A DNA stretch of 64,000 nucleotides from an uncultured Bacillales bacterium (lineage in GTDB: Bacteria > Bacillota_I > Bacilli_A > RFN20 > CAG-449), in the NCBI GenBank assembly GCA_945873815.1, contig CAMCEE010000005.1:20235-84234 (forward strand), given 5' to 3'. The notes beneath the pieces are model-generated. The model had not been told where the DNA came from, ran no database searches, and saw only the letters and a program-made list of their open reading frames with translations. Positions 31,701 through 42,613 of this stretch are shown here, piece by piece (positions within the stretch are counted from its first letter, which is position 1; every line of letters begins with the position of its first letter). The translations under genes were made by a program, and so were the position numbers.

Positions 31701-34700
31701 TAATTACGATATTACATATGAAGAGGGATTATTAACTGTTTCTAAAGCAACATTAGTTAATAAGACTGAGAATCTAGATATTGTGTATGATGGAAAAGAA
31801 CATTTCTTGACCTTTGAATTTGATGGTCTTGTTTCTAAAAATTCTGATTATCCTTCTGATAGAATAGAGGAATTAGATCAAATTATAAATATTTCACTTG
31901 ATGGAAGTTCGTATTCTACAGAATATGAAATGTTTAAGAATGCCTGTGAGATTACAACGATTTATTATATCTTATCATTTAGAAATTATAAAGATATTAA
32001 TTCATCTAATACCATTAAAATCAATAAGCGTGATTTAACGATTAAAGCAAGTGATAAAACAATTACATTTGGTGAAGAATTTACTCTTTCTGAATATGAA
32101 GCAACTGGATGGGCAGAAGGGGAAGATATTTCTGTACTTGAGGGAAAACTATCCTTTGTTGTAAATTATAATCAATTTGATGATATTGACCCATCAACGG
32201 ACTATAAGATTTATGTCGAAGGATGTACATCTAATAACTATAACATTGAATACGTTCCTGGAAGATTGACAATCTTAAAAGCTACATTAACTGATGCTTC
32301 TATGAATTATGAAGGAACATATGATGGCAATGAACATGGAATCCTTATTAGTGCAGTTGGTTTCCTAAAAGGTGAAATCTTTAGTGAGGTTGCAACGATA
32401 AAATATTCATTAGTAGAAGATGGTGAATATACTTCAGAAAATATTAAATTAATAAATCATACTCCTGATCCAGTTGTTGTTTACTATATCATTACGTTTG
32501 CAAACTATAATGATATTAGAGACTTTAAAACGATTAAGATTAACAAAGCAATTTTAACTGTTACTCCAAAAGAACATACGATTCAATATGGTGAGGAACC
32601 TTCAAATGATGGATTATCATTTAGAGGATTTGTTAACGATACAGAAGATGAATCATTATTATCGATTTCTTCAGCGGTATATTCGTATTCATATACAAAA
32701 TATGATGACGTTGGAGATTATGAGATTAGCGTTTCTAATATTCCTGATACATTGAATTATCATATTGTATATGAAAAGGGAATATTGCACGTTATCCCAC
32801 GTTTTGTTGATGTTATTTGGGGCTCTACAACATTAACATATAATGGTAAGGTTCAAGCTCCAAGCGCAAGTGTTGTTACTTGTAATGAAGATGAATGTAT
32901 TGTTACATTGAACATTCCTTCTACAAATAAAGATGTTAATGATAATGTAGGTGATCCAAAATATATTGCTTATGCTGTTTCGTTATCTAATCCTAACTAT
33001 CAATTAGGCGAAAATACATCTATTGAATATATTATTACAAAAGCACAATTAGATATTTCCCCATCCGAAAAGAGAATTGAATATGGTAAAGATTTTGATT
33101 TAAGTGATGTACACTTACTCTTTAATGGATTTGTCAATAACGAAGATATCAATGTTTTAGATATTGTCGATGTTGAAGATAAATTCTATACTAACTATGT
33201 TAAATTCGCTCCAGTTGAAGATTCATTGACTCATGAAGAAATCCTTTATTATATTGAAATTTATGATGGATGGATTAGTGCTAAAAACTATAGTATTACA
33301 TTTAAAACTTCGAGATTATATGTTTCAAAAGCTGAATTAATAGATGAATCAAAAGGATATGAAGGCGTATATGATGGATGTGATCATTCGATTACTTTGA
33401 AATTTTCTAAATTTTTGAATGATGATTCGGAAGCAACACAAAAGCAAATCGTATCATATAAACTTGAAGGTGATACATCTTATGATCTCGATAACCCAAT
33501 GATTAAGAATTATACAGGCGAAGAGGGAATCAAGGTTTATTATAGAGTTACCTTTATTAATTATAAAACAATCGAAAGTTATAAAACCGTTATTATTAAA
33601 CAAAAATCTATTACAATAACTGCTAATGATTGCTCTATTTCTTACGGTAGTAATGCGATGAATAATGGAGTAAGAGTTAATGAAGATGATTTAGTTGTAG
33701 TTAATGGAATAAGAGAAACAATTGAAGTACATTTGAATAATCTAGAGGGTTTATCATTTACATATTTTTATAATACATTCGACAACGTTGGAACTTATGA
33801 TATTATTCCTTCTGGTTTATCATCCTTAAATAATAATTATAAATTTGTTTATGTAAATGGTAAATTGAATGTTGTCCAAAAAGAAATCGACGTTATTTGG
33901 GATGAAAATGATTCATTATCATATAATGGTTTATCACAAATTATTAATGTATCTATTTTAGGACTTGTAAATTCTGATACATGTGATGTCTTATTTAGCA
34001 ATAATAGTTATGGAATTGAAGTAAATTCTTATACTGCAAAGATTATCGGTATATCAAATGATAATTATTGTCTTAAACCATCTCAAGTAACGGAGAAAGT
34101 TTATAATATTATTAAGGCTAACTTAATAATTAAAGCAAATGATGTTTCAATCACTTATGGTGAAGATCCAGAAAGTGCTTTTGATATGGAAAATGGCGTC
34201 ACATATGAGGGATTTGTAAACGGGGAGGATCAAACTGTTCTTTCGGGAACCTTGGTTCTTTCTACGATAGATTATAATAGATATGATGATGTAGGTACTT
34301 ATAAGATTATACCTTCTGGACTAACCAGTTCAAATTATGAAATCGTATATAAGGAAGGCGATTTTGTTGTTAATCAATTAGAGGCAACCATTTCTTGGAG
34401 TGAAAATGATGAATTTACATACGATGGAAATGAACATTGTATTGAGGCAGTAATCTCAAATCCTGTTAATGGTGATGAATGTTCTTTAACTATTGAAGGA
34501 AAGAAGAAAAATGCAGGTACTTATGTCGCAACTGCGATTGCTATAGTCGGGGCAAAGAGTAAAAACTATAAACTTCCAAGTAATGTTACTGCAAGTTTTA
34601 CGATTTTAAAGAAAGAACTTATTGATAAAACTGAAAACTTAGAATTTGTATATGATGGAGATAACCATTATATTAATGTTGTTTTAGAAGGGTTTATTGA

Positions 34701-37700
34701 ATCAGAAAAAGATGAGGATTTTGCTATTAATCTACCTGTTCAATATTCTATTAATGGATTCAGTTGGAGCAATACAAATATTGGGTTTATACACGTTTCA
34801 AATTCAACTAGTGGAGCAGTTTATGACGAAACGAGCAACGGACATCCGATTTTCTATCGTGCAGAATTTGATAATTATTACATTAATTATTCAAATGGCT
34901 CATATAATACTAGATACGTTAAGATTACTCCAAAAACATTAACTGATGTGACGGAGGATATTAATGTAACTTATGATTCATTAGAACATTCTATTTCCTT
35001 ATCATTAACAGGTTTTGTTGTAGGAGCTAGTGAATATCTCGAGGCAAAAGTAGATAAGATTCGTTATTATTACAACGATTCGATTCAATTGAATAATCCT
35101 AAATTCAAGAATGTTGGAGAATATGAAGTTAAATATGAACTAACATTTAAAAATGCGGATTATTATCCACTTTCTGGAACTAAAACAATAATTATTACTC
35201 GCGCGGATGCTATTGACCAATCAATTGGTTTTGAAGATGTTTATAATGGCTCTGCACATGGAATTAGCGTTTACGCAGGATTATGTGGTGATGATGTTTT
35301 CAATTCATTAGCTACTATAAAATATTCATTAGTAGAAGATGGTGAATATACTTCAGAAAATATTAAATTAATAAATCATACTCCTGATCCAGTTGTTGTT
35401 TACTATATCATTACGTTTGCAAACTATAATGATATTAGAGGCTTTAAAACAATCAATATTTTACAAAGAGATTTATTCGTTTATTCAAATAATGTAACTA
35501 TTACTTATGGAGATAATCCAGAAGGTAATGGAATCTATTTTGGCAATGATCCAGAAAACCCAAATAAATCCGGATTCTTTGGTAGTGAAAATGAAAATAC
35601 TGTTATTGATAGGAGTAATTTATCCTATTCATTCGACTATTCACAATTTGATGATGTAGGAACTTACAAATTTAGAGCAAATGGTCTTTTACCAAAAGTT
35701 CCTGCAAAAGATAATTATAATTTCATTTATATCGATGCTGATTTAACTGTTAATAAAAAAGAGATTACTGTAGATTGGGAAAATACAGTATTTACGTATA
35801 ATGGATATACGCAATATCCAACTCCTATTGCAAGTGGCTTTGTAAATGGTGATTCATTTGATTTAGAAGCATATGTAAGTGAAGAAAGCTTATTACCTAT
35901 AAGAGCTGGTAACTATATTGCTTTTGCAAGATTTAATAGCGAAGTAAAGAATTATAGTATTCCGAATAATAATTCTGTTGATTTTGTTATAAATAAGCTT
36001 GCAATATCCTTAAAGCCAAATGAAACTATCAATCCATTAACTAATGTTTCAAAGATTTATGATGGATTATGTTATGAATATGATGTTAACAACCCTGGTA
36101 ATTATGAAATAAGTGATACAGAAAATGCAAAAATCGGTCATTCAAACGAAGATAAAATCACAATTTATGTTAAATATTTATTAAATGATATAGAGATTAA
36201 TGGTAATCCAAAAGATGTCGGAACATATAAGGTTGTTATCGATAGTTTTGTTGTTACTCATTTAGAAGGTGAAGATAATGTCGATTACACAGATTGTTAT
36301 ATCCTCAATCAATCTGCTGAAGTTCTTTATGTTATTGGTTGTTTAGATATCATTATTGAAGCTAATAATATGGATGAATTTACTTTCGATGGTCAACAAC
36401 ATTATTATCCTTCAAATTCTAAAAATTATAATATTGTTCCTTCAATTGATTCTCAATTAGAAACAAGAATTGCAAATGAATTAGATTTCACAGTTTATGC
36501 TAAATTCATCCTCTCAGGAACTAGTGCTAAACTTGATTCTATAAGAAATGTAGGAACATATTCGATTAAGATTGAATATGATAATCATTCTTCCAAAAAT
36601 TTGAATATTAGATATTATGAGGAATCAACTGCTAGTGTGACAATTAATCCTAAAGAATATGAAATTGACCTAGAAGATAAGACAGTAACATATAATGGAA
36701 AGAAGTTCATTTATGAAGATATATTATTATTAGATGGCGATAAATTAGTCCTAAATGTTATATATAATAAGATTAAGAATAGTAGTGGTATATCGGATAA
36801 TCAAAATAATGTCGATGCGATAAATGCTGGTCTTTATGAAATGACATTATCCGAATCTAATAATTGGTATTCGTTGTCTCTTACTGAAAGATCAATTGTT
36901 GAAAACTATGAAATAAATCTTGTTTCTAGTTCAGTTAGTAAGCAATTAGTAATACAAAAGAGAGATGTTTATATAATGACGGAATATCAAGATAGTGCGA
37001 TTTATGATGGAAGTGAACATACTTATAAAGGATCATTTGTCTACTATGGTGATTCTGAAAATAACATAAATAATCAATTCATCGAGGGAGAAATTCTTGA
37101 GCTCGCGGTTTTCATCAATAACGAAGATGGTAGTAGAGCACAACCTATCAATGCTGGAACTTATTACGTAGTTATTGATAAGGATTCGACAAAAATAAAG
37201 GTTCAAGGACAAGAGGATAAGTTGTCAGTTCTTGAGAATTATGAAGTTCATAATGAATATTCTTCGAAATTTATTGTTAAAAAACGTAAAGTTGGACTTT
37301 TACCAATCGCTTATGATGATAAAATATATGACAATGAAACTTTAAGTGCATATCAAACAGGATATGGTAATTTTAGGTACGATAAAAATATATCTTCATT
37401 TGAATTAGTAGAAGGAGAAGAATTATCTGTTGTTGTTAATTTCTATCTAGATTTATCAATAGTTGAACTTGAAAATGTCATAAACGCTGGAACATATTCT
37501 TATAATGTATCTGTTGATAGTATAAATAATCTCAATATGAATAATTATGAGTTCATTTGCAATAATCTATCCTTGACCATTAGTAGGAGAACTGTTTATA
37601 TTTCTCCTTTACAAATTGAATCTATTGAATATGATAGATTAGAACATCAATATTCTGATTATAAAGATGATTCATATCAATATTATGGATTATCAGTATC

Positions 37701-40700
37701 AGATTCAAAATATCAAATTGCAAATGGAGAAACTTTATCTATCGTTGTCTTCTTTGGCGATAGTCTATGTGTAGTAAACTCTGGAAGATATAACATGATT
37801 ATCGATAATGATTCTTCTACTATTACGCGTGGAGAAAATGTCTATAATGCTTCAGTTAACTATAATATTGTTACATACACTGGAAACGAGTATGTCTTTG
37901 AAATTCGTCCTCGCGAATTAACAATTAGCGCAGTTAATAAAGAATCTGTTTATGATGGAAATGTTTATGAATATGTAGCTTATACAAGCGAGAATATTAC
38001 GACTGATTTTATAGTTAATGGATTAATTGAAGGCGATGAAGATAATATTTCTGTCATCAAATTTATTTATAAACAAGGAGAGAATATTGTTAATCCAATA
38101 AATGTAGGAACATATGATATCGTGTTGGATGTTGATAATTGCGAAATATCTACCAACTATTCTTTAAAGATTGATCCAACTGAATCACCAACGTTAACTA
38201 TCTTGAAACGTAAGATTACTATTTCGATTAAATCATTATCATACACTTATGTAAATAAGGTATATGATTCAAGTTATAATGAATATGTAGTTTATTATAC
38301 AGATGAACCTTCGTTAAGTGGATTTGTAAATGAAGATGATAAAAATGCATTCTCATTAATCAAATATATTTATTCGGTTGATGATAAGGTAGTAGATCCT
38401 ATTAATGCAGGAACTTATTCTATCTCTTTAGAGTATGAGTTCACTGATATAACGGTTAAAAATAATTATGAAGTATATGAAATTATCGAAGGTCAATTAT
38501 CAATTTTGAAACGTAAAGTTACCGTTATGCCAAAATTTGATGATGAAATTAAGACATATGATGGACAAGCATACGTTTATCCAGTTGAAGAAGATAATTA
38601 TATCCTTAAGGAAAATTCATTAGATGTATGTGAAGGTCATATCCTAACGATTAAAGTCGCGTTTGATCATGCAGTTGCAACCGGTCTTTATAACGAAACA
38701 ATTAATTTACATAAATTGTTTGGAAGTGAATGTTTCTATGATAAAGTTACTGAAGCAGCAACTTATAAAGCAAGTGCATATATGTATCTAATTAATGGAA
38801 AAGAAAACGAAAATTATGAATTCCATTCTGAATATGTTGATTTCTCAATTCAAAAGAGAAATATTCTTCTATATAATGGTGACTTTGAATTTATCTATAA
38901 TGGAAGTGAACAAAGTTTACACGATTTAGTTAACAAAGAGATTAATTATGTTAATAGCCCTATTGATAATGAAGATACAGTTCAATTCTTATCATTATTA
39001 CACTATAAGGTTTTTGTTGATACTAGTGAAGATATGGAAAAATTCATTGATGTAGCTTGGAATGAAGAGATAATGGGCGTTTCTTCATATGTTAACAATG
39101 CATACTTAAGATTATTTAAGGATGATATTGATCGTACATATAATTTTGAAGTAGAGATTGAAAAAGGATCTATTACAATTCTTCCTAAGGATGTTAATTT
39201 TATCATCGATGTTCCTGAAGAAGATGCAACTACTATATTTACTGGTTTAGCTTTTGAATTCTTTGAGGATAATTTCCGTATTGAAACATTATGCGATGGA
39301 CAAATTTTGAAGATAAATTCATGGAATACTCTTGCGGAAGGTATTATTAGAACGGGAACATATTCGATTAATGACATCGATTATACTTCAATTGAATTTG
39401 TCATTTTGAAAGATGATATACTTGTAAGTTGTTATAATTATACGATTAATTATGTAATGATTAGAGATATTGTTATTAATAAAGCACATCTTGATTTCAC
39501 GATTAATAATGCGCAAAAAGAATATTGTGGTGAAATAATTCCTATCAATGAATTCTTAAATCCAATCAATGCGGAAGGAGCATTTGAATTAGAGAATAGT
39601 AAAATTTCAATTGAAGATAATGTACCAACGATTTTCTATTATTTTGATGATTCTAGTAATAGAGATAGAGTATTTGAAATCAAGGATGCAGGTGTATATC
39701 AAGTTTCAATTTATTATTATGACTTAGTTATTTATGGTGAAACGAGAAATAGAGATTTCGATTTTGATTACGATAATGGTAAACTTGAATTTGAAATCAC
39801 GATAACTCAATACGATTTCAAACAAAAAATGAAGATTGTAACTGGTTCGAGTATTGTTCCATTTATTTACGATATTAATAACGAGCAAGAAGCTTACTCT
39901 CGTGATTATAGTTGTAATTTAGATGAGGTATTTACTAATAAAGGATTTACGACGGATTATGCAGAAAAATTCTATATCAGAGATTACACTGTATATCGTC
40001 CAAAAGAAGAAGCTTTATTGAATACCTTACCAATCATCATCATTGATCCAGATGGAAATAATGTTACTAGAAACTTCTTATGCTCAAAACAAAATGATTA
40101 TGGAGAGTGGGTTATTGACTATGAATCACCAACGATAGTTGCAGAGGTTGGTTTGATCAATATTGATTCAAAGATGACACTAATTTATGAAAATAAGGAT
40201 AGCGCAAAAAAATATGACGGAAAGAATTTAGTTTTTGAAGGAAATTATATTGTTGGGCAACTATACAATTCAGAATCCCAATTTTCGAATCTTTATTTCA
40301 AAGCGGAAATCCATAAGATACATTATCGTAGAGGTTCTATTTCATATGAATTAACTGGTAATCAAGGTATTTGTTTAGTGGGTGAATATATCGTCGTAGT
40401 GAAAAATATCCAAGCATATGTAAATTCAAATTATGTTATCAAGTTACCAGATGATTATTATATTAGTTATAATAATTATAAAGATGAAGAGGATGCAGTA
40501 TATATTGAAGGTAATGATTCTTTATATGTATGTAAACTTAATATTGTTCAAAGAGATATTTACATTAAGCCAGTTGATTTAGTTGATGTATATTACGATG
40601 GAAATGTTATTGAAGCGACTGAATGGGAACCGGTAGGAGATGCAATTAACGATACGAGTAAGCAAGTCGTTCCAGGTCATACAATTGATATTGAAACAAC

Positions 40701-41496
40701 AATCAAAATCGATCTTGAAAGCATCCATAATTACATTGTTAAAACAACCAAAAATACCATCGATGCTTCTAAAACGAAGATTTATGATGAAGATGGTAAT
40801 GATGTAACATTCTGTTATAAGATTATATCTACTGCTACTGAAGGCAATAAAGCGGAAGCTTATAAATATTATGGAAAGATTACTCTTGCAAAACGTTATA
40901 TTGTCATTTTACCTCATGGTAATGTCGATTCTCCTCATATTTATGATGGAGAATACATCTACAATACTGGATTTGATTACATTTCTCGATATCAAAATGC
41001 AACTGAAGTAAGCTCATTATGTACGGAAAGATCATATGGATTATTAGAAAATCATGTGATGATACCTTATGAAATGAGTCCATGTATTGCAAATGTTGGA
41101 ACTAAATTCAACAAATTGGTATTCGATATTAGAGATGAAACGGGTGGAAGTGTTTCTTCGATATATAAAATAGTATATCGTGATGATCCATCTGCATATT
41201 TAGTTGTTGCTCCAAGAGAAATAATAATTAGAACTGGAAGCAAATCAGTCTCATATTACGAAGGAATGGAACCAGTAACATGCCATGAATTTACGGTAGA
41301 AAATTTGCTTGAAGGTCATTATATCGATGAAAATAAAATCGTATGGGAAGCTACCTTAGATAAACCAGGTAGAATTAATAATAGTATATCGATTAACTTA
41401 TCTAAATCCAATAAGGCGATTTTAGACAAATATAATACAGTTGTTTCAACAAATTATACAATTAAATATATTTACGGAAGCTTAATTGTTAGTTAA
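28756..41496 (+). CDS. Giant (4246 aa) N-terminally anchored surface protein of tandem MBG/YDG-like repeats, putative adhesin
   Basis: TM at ~aa 27-45; dozens of repeats with YDG/YG..GFV.GED, NAGTY, NY.I.Y..G.L.I.KR motifs; no LPXTG or SLH seen. Confidence 0.8.
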   Translation: MSSYDSYVSKIEKIAKVKNFVVKHKIPFIVGAGIVAALTTSFVSTKGIIVQDIVLPDKIVYGSDFEFEKEAIGLFGSEIYYEYRLEGEDWSTQKPLKPGHYNVRAVSTNSFGGKIYGNEVSFEIGRKDITFVINDSIIPYGDYENISYSIYDGTPDDKDIYSKGLVGSDSIYTIDFEFEDTSKNSTMCRVEQESVTIINQDGNDVSALYKVHTVYKDITFAKRDIVLEPELVNKVYDGTPIEYNNEYTSSTAKDIAKGDTLTIYTSIEDKNGDELEELPIEAGSYLNSIDSFKIVNSKGDDVTVNYNIKYKPNYLVISKRDITIQAGSSERVYDGTTLSNYDYESIVSGSLVENEYIVYDSSKETEFPSMKDVYYVDGLVSSIENKIKYLITDGTKDKSKNYNITVLPGELKILPLELNITPLEQESFVYNGEKVEYSKEKNNFHEVNGVSLPEGVELNVKVYYELYDDLELFSPLDSVMDAGPYAINIKSYSIINDLESNYIINTMPTYFDIYKRDVTVSIINLDDCEYDGNGFAYDGLSYNITSPLGFVDGEKIKVIAKYSADGVNFSTSQPRNAGTYYVKLDSFEFMLNAKEKNYNITLLDTIEEFDILPRTISIYANSLPNAIYNKTIQDTYDKNSLLYDKGSKTIVTEDKFSVSVDYRYLDGNIEILQNPKNAGDYRIYISSINFEDEINAGNYNILYSKGKYGEYRIEPRSVYIKANDMESIIYDGNNHSEYDSTSYTLLNDTSFVEGDGVLVSPKFYLENKVDDANNVIEPRNAGTYYIFIDSFEYTNETMNGNYSVIINDLEGTGGIFTINKRKVTIKAVDVESSVYNGKIQDYYDINDYTYENDSLEIVDKATVSYRYINDENNDAITLNAYKYGILLNGISFEDENNLNNYIINYSTEKGWYEILKKDLLITSVDKEIIYGQEFVDKEVSYTGFVEGEDESVLNGTLSISTSYNKYDNVGSYPIISSGLMGDNYDITYEEGLLTVSKATLVNKTENLDIVYDGKEHFLTFEFDGLVSKNSDYPSDRIEELDQIINISLDGSSYSTEYEMFKNACEITTIYYILSFRNYKDINSSNTIKINKRDLTIKASDKTITFGEEFTLSEYEATGWAEGEDISVLEGKLSFVVNYNQFDDIDPSTDYKIYVEGCTSNNYNIEYVPGRLTILKATLTDASMNYEGTYDGNEHGILISAVGFLKGEIFSEVATIKYSLVEDGEYTSENIKLINHTPDPVVVYYIITFANYNDIRDFKTIKINKAILTVTPKEHTIQYGEEPSNDGLSFRGFVNDTEDESLLSISSAVYSYSYTKYDDVGDYEISVSNIPDTLNYHIVYEKGILHVIPRFVDVIWGSTTLTYNGKVQAPSASVVTCNEDECIVTLNIPSTNKDVNDNVGDPKYIAYAVSLSNPNYQLGENTSIEYIITKAQLDISPSEKRIEYGKDFDLSDVHLLFNGFVNNEDINVLDIVDVEDKFYTNYVKFAPVEDSLTHEEILYYIEIYDGWISAKNYSITFKTSRLYVSKAELIDESKGYEGVYDGCDHSITLKFSKFLNDDSEATQKQIVSYKLEGDTSYDLDNPMIKNYTGEEGIKVYYRVTFINYKTIESYKTVIIKQKSITITANDCSISYGSNAMNNGVRVNEDDLVVVNGIRETIEVHLNNLEGLSFTYFYNTFDNVGTYDIIPSGLSSLNNNYKFVYVNGKLNVVQKEIDVIWDENDSLSYNGLSQIINVSILGLVNSDTCDVLFSNNSYGIEVNSYTAKIIGISNDNYCLKPSQVTEKVYNIIKANLIIKANDVSITYGEDPESAFDMENGVTYEGFVNGEDQTVLSGTLVLSTIDYNRYDDVGTYKIIPSGLTSSNYEIVYKEGDFVVNQLEATISWSENDEFTYDGNEHCIEAVISNPVNGDECSLTIEGKKKNAGTYVATAIAIVGAKSKNYKLPSNVTASFTILKKELIDKTENLEFVYDGDNHYINVVLEGFIESEKDEDFAINLPVQYSINGFSWSNTNIGFIHVSNSTSGAVYDETSNGHPIFYRAEFDNYYINYSNGSYNTRYVKITPKTLTDVTEDINVTYDSLEHSISLSLTGFVVGASEYLEAKVDKIRYYYNDSIQLNNPKFKNVGEYEVKYELTFKNADYYPLSGTKTIIITRADAIDQSIGFEDVYNGSAHGISVYAGLCGDDVFNSLATIKYSLVEDGEYTSENIKLINHTPDPVVVYYIITFANYNDIRGFKTINILQRDLFVYSNNVTITYGDNPEGNGIYFGNDPENPNKSGFFGSENENTVIDRSNLSYSFDYSQFDDVGTYKFRANGLLPKVPAKDNYNFIYIDADLTVNKKEITVDWENTVFTYNGYTQYPTPIASGFVNGDSFDLEAYVSEESLLPIRAGNYIAFARFNSEVKNYSIPNNNSVDFVINKLAISLKPNETINPLTNVSKIYDGLCYEYDVNNPGNYEISDTENAKIGHSNEDKITIYVKYLLNDIEINGNPKDVGTYKVVIDSFVVTHLEGEDNVDYTDCYILNQSAEVLYVIGCLDIIIEANNMDEFTFDGQQHYYPSNSKNYNIVPSIDSQLETRIANELDFTVYAKFILSGTSAKLDSIRNVGTYSIKIEYDNHSSKNLNIRYYEESTASVTINPKEYEIDLEDKTVTYNGKKFIYEDILLLDGDKLVLNVIYNKIKNSSGISDNQNNVDAINAGLYEMTLSESNNWYSLSLTERSIVENYEINLVSSSVSKQLVIQKRDVYIMTEYQDSAIYDGSEHTYKGSFVYYGDSENNINNQFIEGEILELAVFINNEDGSRAQPINAGTYYVVIDKDSTKIKVQGQEDKLSVLENYEVHNEYSSKFIVKKRKVGLLPIAYDDKIYDNETLSAYQTGYGNFRYDKNISSFELVEGEELSVVVNFYLDLSIVELENVINAGTYSYNVSVDSINNLNMNNYEFICNNLSLTISRRTVYISPLQIESIEYDRLEHQYSDYKDDSYQYYGLSVSDSKYQIANGETLSIVVFFGDSLCVVNSGRYNMIIDNDSSTITRGENVYNASVNYNIVTYTGNEYVFEIRPRELTISAVNKESVYDGNVYEYVAYTSENITTDFIVNGLIEGDEDNISVIKFIYKQGENIVNPINVGTYDIVLDVDNCEISTNYSLKIDPTESPTLTILKRKITISIKSLSYTYVNKVYDSSYNEYVVYYTDEPSLSGFVNEDDKNAFSLIKYIYSVDDKVVDPINAGTYSISLEYEFTDITVKNNYEVYEIIEGQLSILKRKVTVMPKFDDEIKTYDGQAYVYPVEEDNYILKENSLDVCEGHILTIKVAFDHAVATGLYNETINLHKLFGSECFYDKVTEAATYKASAYMYLINGKENENYEFHSEYVDFSIQKRNILLYNGDFEFIYNGSEQSLHDLVNKEINYVNSPIDNEDTVQFLSLLHYKVFVDTSEDMEKFIDVAWNEEIMGVSSYVNNAYLRLFKDDIDRTYNFEVEIEKGSITILPKDVNFIIDVPEEDATTIFTGLAFEFFEDNFRIETLCDGQILKINSWNTLAEGIIRTGTYSINDIDYTSIEFVILKDDILVSCYNYTINYVMIRDIVINKAHLDFTINNAQKEYCGEIIPINEFLNPINAEGAFELENSKISIEDNVPTIFYYFDDSSNRDRVFEIKDAGVYQVSIYYYDLVIYGETRNRDFDFDYDNGKLEFEITITQYDFKQKMKIVTGSSIVPFIYDINNEQEAYSRDYSCNLDEVFTNKGFTTDYAEKFYIRDYTVYRPKEEALLNTLPIIIIDPDGNNVTRNFLCSKQNDYGEWVIDYESPTIVAEVGLINIDSKMTLIYENKDSAKKYDGKNLVFEGNYIVGQLYNSESQFSNLYFKAEIHKIHYRRGSISYELTGNQGICLVGEYIVVVKNIQAYVNSNYVIKLPDDYYISYNNYKDEEDAVYIEGNDSLYVCKLNIVQRDIYIKPVDLVDVYYDGNVIEATEWEPVGDAINDTSKQVVPGHTIDIETTIKIDLESIHNYIVKTTKNTIDASKTKIYDEDGNDVTFCYKIISTATEGNKAEAYKYYGKITLAKRYIVILPHGNVDSPHIYDGEYIYNTGFDYISRYQNATEVSSLCTERSYGLLENHVMIPYEMSPCIANVGTKFNKLVFDIRDETGGSVSSIYKIVYRDDPSAYLVVAPREIIIRTGSKSVSYYEGMEPVTCHEFTVENLLEGHYIDENKIVWEATLDKPGRINNSISINLSKSNKAILDKYNTVVSTNYTIKYIYGSLIVS
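32398..32521 (+). repeat. 124-nt exact internal repeat in giant gene, copy 1
   Basis: Identical to 35317-35440 (IKYSLVEDGEYTSENIKLINHTPDPVVVYYIITFANYNDIR). Confidence 0.95.
35317..35440 (+). repeat. 124-nt exact internal repeat in giant gene, copy 2
   Basis: Identical to 32398-32521, in-frame offset 2919. Confidence 0.95.
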
Positions 41497-41517
41497 AATA
41501 ATAATAGGGGGTAGTGT

Positions 41518-42612
41518 ATGGTAAGAAAATATAGTACGTATTTAAAAGAAGGTTTTAAAACTTCTTCTACTACGATGAAAAGAAGAGGAAATAGATTGAA
41601 ATTTCATCTATTCTATTTGATTAAGATTTTATCGATTATTTTTCCATTCTTTTTCCCAGTTGTTGCTTCAGCTGAGATAAGAATGTCTAAGAATTCGATT
41701 AAATATAATGATATAGGTGTATATGATTCGTTTAAAGAAGGAACTAAACCAAAGAAATATTGGAATATTCTTGTCGCATATTTACTTTCTTTCTTTACCA
41801 TTTTTTCTGGACTAATTGTTATTTCACTTATCACTTCTTTGTTTGTACTTGTTGGAGTAGCAGTTGGTAGATTAAGCGATAATATGCCCAATCAATTTAT
41901 TGCGTTAATATTTTCTATCCCTGGAATTGTATTTGCACTCATATTTGTCGTATTAATCCTTTTATATTTTTCACCAATACCTTATATTTCAGAAACAATT
42001 TCTGATATTGAAGGATACTTAATCGTTAAAAAGAGTGTTGATTCGATGAAAAAGGGCAAATTGATTATCCTTTTAAATACATTTATCATTTCCTTATTGA
42101 TATTTATTATTGTTGGATTACCTTTATTATTCTTACCAATTGTAATGAGTTCATCTCCTTTTGTATTAATTATTTACGCTATTATTGTTACTTTATTCAT
42201 AATTGCAGTTTTGATATTTTCCCCTACAATATTTATGGGATTCATTAATGCAAATACACTTCTTTATGAAGATATTGTTCTTGATGATATTAGTGAAAAG
42301 AAGACGGTTCGTGGAATTGTAATTTCTAAGAATAAACGTGATTTAAAGAATAATTTGCTTAATATCTTTAATCGTACTCAAGAAACGCATTTCACTACTA
42401 AAAATCATATTGATGATTTATCTAACGAATCATATGAAGAGGATGACTATGATGAGGAGGAAGATGAAGAATTCGAAAATGAATTAGCAAAAGAAGGCTA
42501 TGATGAATTAGAAGAAATCGAAAAAGAATTAGCAAATATGGATTCTTTAGAAGAAGTAGAAGGTGATGTCACCGAAGAAACTATAAAGAAAAATAGTGAT
42601 GAGGTGAAATAA
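41518..42612 (+). CDS. Multi-pass membrane protein with very acidic C-terminal tail
   Basis: About five hydrophobic helices; tail EEDDYDEEEDEEFENE... Confidence 0.75.
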   Translation: MVRKYSTYLKEGFKTSSTTMKRRGNRLKFHLFYLIKILSIIFPFFFPVVASAEIRMSKNSIKYNDIGVYDSFKEGTKPKKYWNILVAYLLSFFTIFSGLIVISLITSLFVLVGVAVGRLSDNMPNQFIALIFSIPGIVFALIFVVLILLYFSPIPYISETISDIEGYLIVKKSVDSMKKGKLIILLNTFIISLLIFIIVGLPLLFLPIVMSSSPFVLIIYAIIVTLFIIAVLIFSPTIFMGFINANTLLYEDIVLDDISEKKTVRGIVISKNKRDLKNNLLNIFNRTQETHFTTKNHIDDLSNESYEEDDYDEEEDEEFENELAKEGYDELEEIEKELANMDSLEEVEGDVTEETIKKNSDEVK

Positions 42613-42613
42613 T

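Noticed and set aside
28756..41496. Polymorphic toxin (RHS/CDI) or DGR target
   Set aside because: No RHS core, toxin tip or immunity gene; no reverse transcriptase, and the exact repeat shows no adenine-specific variation
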